A stretch of DNA of 64,000 nt, from the NCBI GenBank assembly GCA_034376725.1, contig JAXMJH010000002.1:12541-76540 (forward strand), in the 5' to 3' direction. A program made the translations under genes and the position numbers. The notes under the pieces were generated by a model that did not search any database, was not told where the DNA came from, and was given only the letters and a program-made list of their open reading frames with translations. The DNA comes from Lysobacteraceae bacterium. Lineage in GTDB: Bacteria; Pseudomonadota; Gammaproteobacteria; Xanthomonadales; Xanthomonadaceae. This document shows, in pieces, positions 57,882 to 64,000 of this stretch (its first letter is position 1; each line of letters begins with the position of its first letter).

Positions 57882-57893
57882 CCAGCTTCGCCT

Positions 57894-57968
57894 GGGTGCT
57901 TAGCTCAGCGGTAGAGCATCGCCCTTACAAGGCGAGGGTCGGGGGTTCGAAACCCTCAGCACCCACCA
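57894..57968 (+). tRNA. tRNA-Val (anticodon TAC)
   Basis: GGGTGCTTAGCTCAGCGGTAGAGC, anticodon arm TCGCC-CTTACAA-GGCGA, encoded CCA. Confidence 0.9.
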
Positions 57969-58051
57969 GCATCCAGTCGGGTTGCCGGTTGCATGCGTCC
58001 GACGTTGTAGTTTTGCAGTAGCACGCTTTCGAGCGAACAGTTTCACGGCGC

Positions 58052-58128
58052 GGAGTGGTAGTTCAGTCGGTTAGAATACCGGCCTGTCACGCCGGGGGTC
58101 GCGGGTTCGAGTCCCGTCCACTCCGCCA
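58052..58128 (+). tRNA. tRNA-Asp (anticodon GTC)
   Basis: GGAGTGGTAGTTCAGTCGGTTAGAAT, anticodon arm CCGGC-CTGTCAC-GCCGG, encoded CCA. Confidence 0.9.
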
Positions 58129-58136
58129 TTTACACC

Positions 58137-58165
58137 AAGGGCGCCTTTCAGGCGCCCTTGCCGTT
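58137..58165 (+). terminator. terminator after tRNA-Asp
   Basis: AAGGGCGCC-TTTCA-GGCGCCCTT followed by GCCGTTTG. Confidence 0.6.
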
Positions 58166-58215
58166 TGTGAACCCGGGCGGTCCGTGACCGCCCTCCGGTG
58201 AAGGCCTGAACAAAC

Positions 58216-60126
58216 ATGCTTCAGAAACTTCGAGAGAAAACCACGGGCGGCTGGCTGGCTGGCGTCATCGTTGCCATTCTGGTCGTGCCGTTCGCATTTT
58301 TCGGCGTCAACAATTATTTCTCGTCGGCCGTGTCCAGTTATGTCGCCAAGGTTGGCGAGACGGAGATCACGCCCGATGCGTTCCGCGCCCGATTCGAGCA
58401 GTATCGTCAAAGCCAGCGACAGCAGCTGGGCGAACGCTACGACCCGCGGCAAGTGGATACACCGATCGCCCGACGCCAGCTGCTGGAGCAGATGGTCGAC
58501 GAGGAGCTGTTGCTGCTGGCCTCGGAAAAAATGGGCCTGACGGTGACCGCTGGACAGATACGCGACGCCATCGCAGCCATTCCGGCGTTTCAGGTCGATG
58601 GTCGCTTCGACACGACGCAGTACCGGTTGCTGCTTGCTGCGCAGGGGATGACGCCGCGCGCGCTGGAGCGGGATATCAGTCGCGACATGCTGCTCCGTCA
58701 GCTGCCCGTTCAGTTGCTCGAAAGCGCGTTCATCACCGATGCCGAGCTCGATGACTTTCTTCGCTTGGCCGACCAGACCCGGGACATCGAGTATCTGGCC
58801 ATCGAGCCGCCTGAACTGGGGTCCCAGAGCCCTGATTCGGAGGCATTGACGGCATGGTTTGAGGCCAACAGTGGACGCTATCGGAGCGAGGAGCAGGTCG
58901 CGATCGAATACGTCGAGCTGTCCAGCGACGATGTGCCGGCCGAGTCGACTGTCGATGAGGAGAGCCTGCGGCAACGCTTTGAGGAGCAGAAAAATCGTTA
59001 CGTGGAGCCCGAGCAACGTCTCGCCTCGCATCTCCTGATCAAGCTGCCGGCCGATGCGGACGCATCGGTGGTTGCCAGTGCGCAGTCGCGGGCGATCGAG
59101 CTGGCTGAGCGGATTCGTTCCGGAGACGATTTTGCGGCGCTGGCAAGCGAGTTTTCCGAAGACCTGGGTTCCCGGGCAGCGGGTGGTGAGCTGGGTTGGA
59201 TCGAGCCAGGGTTGATCGATGCCGAACTCGATGCCGCAGTATTCGCCGCTGAGCCGAATCAGGTCAGCGGCCCGGTGCGCAGCAACGAAGGCTGGCATCT
59301 GGTGTGGGTGTCGGAGGTGCGTGAGGGCAGCGCGGTGCCGTTCGAGCAGGTGCGCGCCGAGCTCGAGCAGGAGTACCTTGAAGGGGAGCGCGAACGTTCC
59401 TACAGCGAACTCTCGGGTCGCCTTGTCGATGCCAGCTATCGCGACCCGTCGTCGATTGCATCGGCTGCCGAGTCCTTGGGTCTGGAAGCGAAAGCCACCG
59501 AACTGTTCACGCGCGAAGGCGGTGAGGGTGTTGCCAGTCATCCTGAAGTGATTTCGACGGCCTTTTCGCGGCAACTCATCGAAGAAGGCTTGGCCAGCGA
59601 TCCGATCGAACTCGGCAGTAACCGGATGGTTCTAGTTCGGGTCATCGATCACAAGCCATCGCAGACCTTGCCGCTGGACCAGGTCCGTGAGCGCGTCGAG
59701 AGCGATTTCCAGGCGCATCAGCTGGATGAGGCGGCGCGCAGCAAGGCAGATGCCTTGCTCGCGAAGGTCCAGGCGGGCGCAACCCTGACCGAAGTCGCGG
59801 ACGAGGCCGGCGGCTCGCCCGAAGTGGCGCTGTCGCTCAGGCGTTTCGCAACCAGTCCCGACCCGGCAATCGTCGAAACCGCGTTTCGCCTGCCGATTCC
59901 TGGCGAGGGCAGACTCAGCTACGGGCTGGCCGAATTCGGTCCGGGCCGGTTTGCGCTCATCGCCCTGTCGGGCGCGACCAATGGAAATCCGGAAGCGCTT
60001 GATCCGGTCAGCCGCAACTCCGTGCGTCAGCAGCTCACTGGCCTGACTGGCGATCAGGAACTGCGCGCCTACCTTGCCGCCCTGCGCAAGACGATTCCGG
60101 TCACTATCGTCGAAGAGGCGCTCTGA
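58216..60126 (+). CDS. ppiD: periplasmic chaperone / peptidylprolyl isomerase PpiD
   Basis: MLQKLREKTTGGWLAGVIVAILVVPFAFFGV N-terminal anchor, a parvulin-like region (GGELGWIEPG...GPVRSNEGWHLVWV), and position after hupB. Confidence 0.9.
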   Translation: MLQKLREKTTGGWLAGVIVAILVVPFAFFGVNNYFSSAVSSYVAKVGETEITPDAFRARFEQYRQSQRQQLGERYDPRQVDTPIARRQLLEQMVDEELLLLASEKMGLTVTAGQIRDAIAAIPAFQVDGRFDTTQYRLLLAAQGMTPRALERDISRDMLLRQLPVQLLESAFITDAELDDFLRLADQTRDIEYLAIEPPELGSQSPDSEALTAWFEANSGRYRSEEQVAIEYVELSSDDVPAESTVDEESLRQRFEEQKNRYVEPEQRLASHLLIKLPADADASVVASAQSRAIELAERIRSGDDFAALASEFSEDLGSRAAGGELGWIEPGLIDAELDAAVFAAEPNQVSGPVRSNEGWHLVWVSEVREGSAVPFEQVRAELEQEYLEGERERSYSELSGRLVDASYRDPSSIASAAESLGLEAKATELFTREGGEGVASHPEVISTAFSRQLIEEGLASDPIELGSNRMVLVRVIDHKPSQTLPLDQVRERVESDFQAHQLDEAARSKADALLAKVQAGATLTEVADEAGGSPEVALSLRRFATSPDPAIVETAFRLPIPGEGRLSYGLAEFGPGRFALIALSGATNGNPEALDPVSRNSVRQQLTGLTGDQELRAYLAALRKTIPVTIVEEAL

Positions 60127-60167
60127 CCACAGTCGAGCGCCCATTCGGTTGTCGATCAGGCATCGGA

Positions 60168-60192
60168 AGGCTCGACACTGTCGAGCCTTTTT
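60168..60192 (+). terminator. rho-independent terminator of ppiD
   Basis: AGGCTCGAC-ACT-GTCGAGCCT followed by TTTT. Confidence 0.8.
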
Positions 60193-60372
60193 GTCGAACG
60201 GGAGTCCGCCAGACCTTGGCCGGTGTGGCTTATCGTGCTCGAACGGTTTCGGAACGCGGGCTGGCGCGACGTTTGCATCGCGCCACCGGCCTTGGGACGG
60301 CACCCCGGCCAGCCCAAAAGTTCGACGGGACGGGCGCGTCTGGGTGCGCCGCGCAAGTCGCCTTGAAGGTTT

Positions 60373-61164
60373 TCAACTGCCGTCGATGCCCGTCATGCCC
60401 AGGATGTTGTAGCCGGCATCGACATAGGTGACCTCGCCGGTCACCCCGGCCGCGAGATCCGAGCACAGAAATGCCGCGACATTGCCGACGTCCTCGATGG
60501 TGACCGTGCGTCGCAAGGGTGCGTGGCTCTCCACGTGACCGAGCATTTTCCGGAAGTTGGCGATGCCGGCAGCGGCAAGCGTCTTGATCGGACCGGCGGA
60601 AATGGCGTTGACCCGGGTGCCTTCCGGCCCGAGGTTGAGCGCCAGATAGCGCACGCTGGCTTCGAGCGACGCCTTGGCCACTCCCATCACGTTGTAGTTG
60701 GCGAGCGCGCGAGCCGCACCCAGATAGGTGAGCGTGAGGATGGCGCCATTGCGGCCCTTCATCATCGGCCGCGCGGCCTTGGCGAGTGCCGAGAGGCTGT
60801 AGCTGGAAATGTCGTGGGCGATGCGAAAATTCTCCCGGGTCAGTCCATCGAGATACCCGCCTTCGATGGCCTCGCGCGGCGCGAATCCGACCGAATGGAT
60901 GAGGATGTCGAATCCATCCCAGTGCGTGCCCAGTGCCTCGAAGACGCTGTCGATCTGAGCGTCGTCGGCGACATCCAGCGGCAGCACGATGTTGGAGCCG
61001 CACTCGGCCGCCGCCGCTTCGACGCGGGACCTCAATTTGTCGTTCTGATAGGTGAAAGCCAGCTCGGCGCCCTCGCGGTGCATCGCCTCGGCGATGCCGC
61101 TGGCGATGGAGCGTTGGCTGGCGATGCCGACAATGAGGGCGCGCTTGCCTTTGAGAAATGCCAC
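60373..61164 (-). CDS. fabI: enoyl-[acyl-carrier-protein] reductase (NADH) FabI
   Basis: [28 protein letters not shown]...[13 protein letters not shown] (Y-x6-K). Confidence 0.95.
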   Translation of the reverse strand: MAFLKGKRALIVGIASQRSIASGIAEAMHREGAELAFTYQNDKLRSRVEAAAAECGSNIVLPLDVADDAQIDSVFEALGTHWDGFDILIHSVGFAPREAIEGGYLDGLTRENFRIAHDISSYSLSALAKAARPMMKGRNGAILTLTYLGAARALANYNVMGVAKASLEASVRYLALNLGPEGTRVNAISAGPIKTLAAAGIANFRKMLGHVESHAPLRRTVTIEDVGNVAAFLCSDLAAGVTGEVTYVDAGYNILGMTGIDGS

Positions 61165-61288
61165 AGGTGTGTCTCCAGGTTGCGGTGGGATGTGACGACG
61201 GTCCGGGTCGAAAGCTTATGTCATTTGCCGGGTCCGTGCCGGCACGCTGGATCTCGGAGATCCGGCCCGATATCCGCCCCGAGCGCCA

Positions 61289-62494
61289 TCAAGGCGCCAG
61301 TCGAAGCAGCTGTCCGGGCTTCAGTATGGTTCCGGGCTTAATGCCGTTCCAGGCCATGAGGTCGGCCAGAGCCAGTCCGTGCTGGCGGGCAATTTTCCAC
61401 AGACTGTCGCCTGACTTCACTCGGTGTTCCAGCACCGGCGCGCGGGCCAGCGCAAGCAGATCGGCTGCCTGAGGCTGCGCGGTGGCCGCCACCAGCAGTT
61501 CGCGCGGACTCGAAGCGCGTACCCGGTCGCCGAGGTGGCCGCCATTGAGTCGTCTCAACGCTGCGGCATCGGTTCCCAGGGCGGTCGCCAGCTCGGGCAG
61601 CGCAAACTCGCCCGGCGGCAACACGAGGAGGGTCGGCGCTGCTCGCTCGATCGGTTTTGCGAAGTCCAGGCCGTGGCGTTCAGGGGATGCGATCAGGCAG
61701 GCCAGCGCCCGCAGCTTGGCGACATAGGCGTAGGTGATCGGCGCCAGGCCGGGTGGCAGTCGGCGTTCGGCGGAAATCTCGTCCGATCCGGCGGCACGCA
61801 GCGCAGCCAGCAGCCGGTGCTCGCCGGCGTTGTAGGCCATCGCGGCGGCCCGCCAGTCGCCGAAACGGCGGTACAGGTCGCCGAGATGTTCGATGGCGGC
61901 GACCGTCGACTGATGCACCGACAGCCGGCCATCGAAGCGCGAGTCGATGCGCAGGCCAAGCCCTCGTCCCGTGGACGGCATGAACTGCCAGAGGCCGACA
62001 GGGCCGCCCTGGCCCTTTGCCTCGGGTCGGTAGTTGCTTTCGATGAAAGGAATGAGCGCAAACTGCGTCGGCAGTCCTGCGGCTTCGACGCGATCCAGCA
62101 CATGTCCAAGCAGATCTCCGGCCTTTATCAGGTGGTCGTCGATGCGCCGCGACGGGGCCCGATATCGCGTCACCCAAAGCGCGACGGCCTGCTCCTCGCC
62201 GCATGTCGGCTCGGCGAAGCCTGCCACCAATCGCTCGAACACGGTTTCGGCCGCTGGCCCGCCGAGGCCATCAGTGGTCTGCTGCTGTTGAGGAGTCCCA
62301 TCCGGTGCGCGCGGCGAAGCTGAGGGTGTTCGTCGGGACAGTGCCGGGCTGTCAGCTGGTTCCGGCACCGACGGCACTGCGGCTGCCGGAGGCTCCGGTG
62401 CACTGCGCTGCGGCGGCGTCTGACAGGCGGCCAGCAGCAGGCAGAGGGCCGGTGTCAGGCCGAACCCGGCGGTCCGCAGACTCGGGCCGGTCAT
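61289..62494 (-). CDS. lytic murein transglycosylase lipoprotein with SLT and LysM domains (MltD-like)
   Basis: Start trimmed to the ATG at 62494 (overlaps the gloB stop, ATGA). Lipobox LLLAAC, SLT motif IESNYRPEAKGQGGPVGLWQFMPSTG, and C-terminal LysM HRVKSGDSLWKIARQHG. Confidence 0.85.
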   Translation of the reverse strand: MTGPSLRTAGFGLTPALCLLLAACQTPPQRSAPEPPAAAVPSVPEPADSPALSRRTPSASPRAPDGTPQQQQTTDGLGGPAAETVFERLVAGFAEPTCGEEQAVALWVTRYRAPSRRIDDHLIKAGDLLGHVLDRVEAAGLPTQFALIPFIESNYRPEAKGQGGPVGLWQFMPSTGRGLGLRIDSRFDGRLSVHQSTVAAIEHLGDLYRRFGDWRAAAMAYNAGEHRLLAALRAAGSDEISAERRLPPGLAPITYAYVAKLRALACLIASPERHGLDFAKPIERAAPTLLVLPPGEFALPELATALGTDAAALRRLNGGHLGDRVRASSPRELLVAATAQPQAADLLALARAPVLEHRVKSGDSLWKIARQHGLALADLMAWNGIKPGTILKPGQLLRLAP

Positions 62495-63246
62495 GCCTTG
62501 AATTCGTCCTTCCACGCGCGGATGGCCGCGAAGTTCTGGTCGTCGTCGCACGGCGGATGACCAAGTCGACGCTGCGCTGCCGCGCGAAGCGCTGGGGATT
62601 CGACCCGAAGGAACGGGTTGCAGGCGCGCTCGTTGGCGATCGTGCTGGGCAGCGTGATCCGTCCTTCCTGCCGAAGTCGCACCACTTCCAGCGCGCGTTC
62701 GCGCAGTTGGGGGTTGTCGGGATCGACCGCGAGGGCAAATGCGGCGTTGGCTTGGGTGTACTCGTGGGCGCAGCAGACCAGCGTCTCGTCGGCCAGCGCC
62801 GCCAGCCGGCCGAGCGACGCGCGCATCTGGGTCGGCGTGCCCTCAAACAGCCGGCCGCAGCCGAGGCTGAACAGGGTGTCGCCGCAGAACAGCACGCCTT
62901 CGCCATGAAACGCGATGTGGGTACGGGTGTGGCCGGGCACTTCGATCACGGTGTAGCGCTGGCCGCACACTTCGATGCGGTCGCCCTCGCCGACGCGCTC
63001 CAGCGGGCCCGGAATGCGCGGATCATGCGGGCCGTAACATGGCAGCCGGAATCTTTCGCGCAGCTCATCGACGCCACCGATATGGTCGGCATGATGATGA
63101 GTGATGAGGATCGCGCCCAGCGCGACGCCCGCTTCGGCGGCAGCGACCACCGGGCCAGCCTCGCCCGGATCGACCACGACCGCGCCCGCGCCGGTGTCGC
63201 GCAGCCAGATGTAATTGTCGTTGAAGGCGGGCAAGGCGGTGAGCAT
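62491..63246 (-). CDS. gloB: hydroxyacylglutathione hydrolase (glyoxalase II)
   Basis: Start trimmed to MLTALPAFNDNYIWL. Metallo-beta-lactamase motif THHHADHIGG. Confidence 0.9.
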   Translation of the reverse strand: MLTALPAFNDNYIWLRDTGAGAVVVDPGEAGPVVAAAEAGVALGAILITHHHADHIGGVDELRERFRLPCYGPHDPRIPGPLERVGEGDRIEVCGQRYTVIEVPGHTRTHIAFHGEGVLFCGDTLFSLGCGRLFEGTPTQMRASLGRLAALADETLVCCAHEYTQANAAFALAVDPDNPQLRERALEVVRLRQEGRITLPSTIANERACNPFLRVESPALRAAAQRRLGHPPCDDDQNFAAIRAWKDEFKA

Positions 63247-63317
63247 GATCGATATCCATCGAGGGTCTAGAGCCGGGCCGGGTGACCCGCGCGCCGGGAT
63301 GGCGCAAAATTGCGACC

Positions 63318-64000
63318 ATGCCCGGCAACGCACCAACCCGTCAAGCACCCGCCACCTCGAGCGGGTGGTTCGAAAGCCCCTTGGCGCAGGCGTTGATGGC
63401 CGAGACCTTGCGACAGGCCAGCCCGGTTATTGCCCGGGTTTACGGTCGCTGGGCGCTGCATCTGCGGCCGTGCGAGGGCGCATCCTGCGCCCTGACGGGC
63501 CACCGGGCCAACCGATTGCTCAACCTGACACGGTCTGGCGATCGGCTGTCCGGGGATGCGCAATGCCGGGACGATGCGCTGCCGGTGGCCGATGCCTCGG
63601 TGGCATTGATCGTGGCGCAGCATGTGCTTGAAACTTCCGATCGACCAGAACAACTGATTGCTTCGCTCGCCCGCATCCTCGAACCGGAAGGAACCCTGAT
63701 GATTCTGCTTTTGAACCCACTCGGACCCGCCCGCCTGCGCTGGCGCGGCTGCGGCCTGCGCCCGCCCGGCGCGGCGGTGGTTCGCCAATGGCTGCATGAT
63801 AACGACCTTCAGGTCGACAGCTGCTCCGGGCTGGGGCCGTTGTGGGGTCCGCCCGACGCGGTCGATCCCGACCCGTCGGCCCGGCGCCGGTATCTGGAGC
63901 GGTTTCTGTTCGCCAGGCTGGTCATCGCCCGCAAGCACCAGGCTGGCCTGATACCGATCCGGCCGGGCCGACGCGCCCTGCGACTGGGTTCCGGGGTACA
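63318..64000 (+). CDS. putative class I SAM-dependent methyltransferase (YafS-like), 3' end beyond window
   Basis: Not in the supplied track because it has no stop in the window. My translation from the ATG at 63318 stays open to nt 64000: MPGNAPTRQ...WFESPLAQALMAETLRQASPVIARVYGRWALHL...ALPVADASVALIVAQHVLETSDRPEQLIASLARILEPEGTLMILLLNPLG. It is divergent from gloB, as yafS is in enterics. Confidence 0.55.
   Translation, partial: MPGNAPTRQAPATSSGWFESPLAQALMAETLRQASPVIARVYGRWALHLRPCEGASCALTGHRANRLLNLTRSGDRLSGDAQCRDDALPVADASVALIVAQHVLETSDRPEQLIASLARILEPEGTLMILLLNPLGPARLRWRGCGLRPPGAAVVRQWLHDNDLQVDSCSGLGPLWGPPDAVDPDPSARRRYLERFLFARLVIARKHQAGLIPIRPGRRALRLGSGV

Overview
GC-rich gammaproteobacterial chromosome segment (gene order suggests this; not verified by any search). 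It is densely coding and mostly housekeeping. In order: radA (partial), a CNNM/CorC transporter plus a YpjD-like protein divergent from ffh, PAP2 + GT4, a co-directional phoB-phoR-ppk-ppx block, bepA-like, grxC + AhpD-like, NAD-IDH-like. After the accessory locus come thiD + GNAT, a serine hydrolase, rlmJ, DUF885, rpsP-rimM-trmD-rplS, htpG-hslR, an atypical SDR, Lrp-like/DUF4440 and mutS. Then a sugar dehydrogenase, pncC-recA-recX-alaS-csrA, a 7-tRNA array, tig-clpP-clpX-lon-hupB, tRNA-Val/Asp, ppiD, fabI, mltD-like, gloB, and a methyltransferase ORF running off the 3' edge (not in the ORF track). The one clearly accessory locus is about 10 kb at 16.0-26.1 kb. It holds two tandem porin-cytochrome (MtrAB/PioAB/MtoAB-type) modules, each with its own NapC/NirT/CymA-type tetrahaem protein. 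Module 1 adds a small monohaem cytochrome. Module 2 adds an EB_dh-like periplasmic protein with one CXXCH, one CX3CH and a His cluster. Each module is preceded by a TTGA-N6-TCAA (FNR/CRP-type) palindrome. No MtrC/OmcA-like outer cytochrome, CRISPR array, transposase or integrase was seen. Other oddities are a G-rich heptamer microsatellite in the ypjD-like/ffh divergent region, a 12-mer x3 repeat plus a 13-bp palindrome ahead of rpsP, and sigma32-like promoters at htpG and lon. All calls rest on reading translations and motifs by eye; no searches were run.
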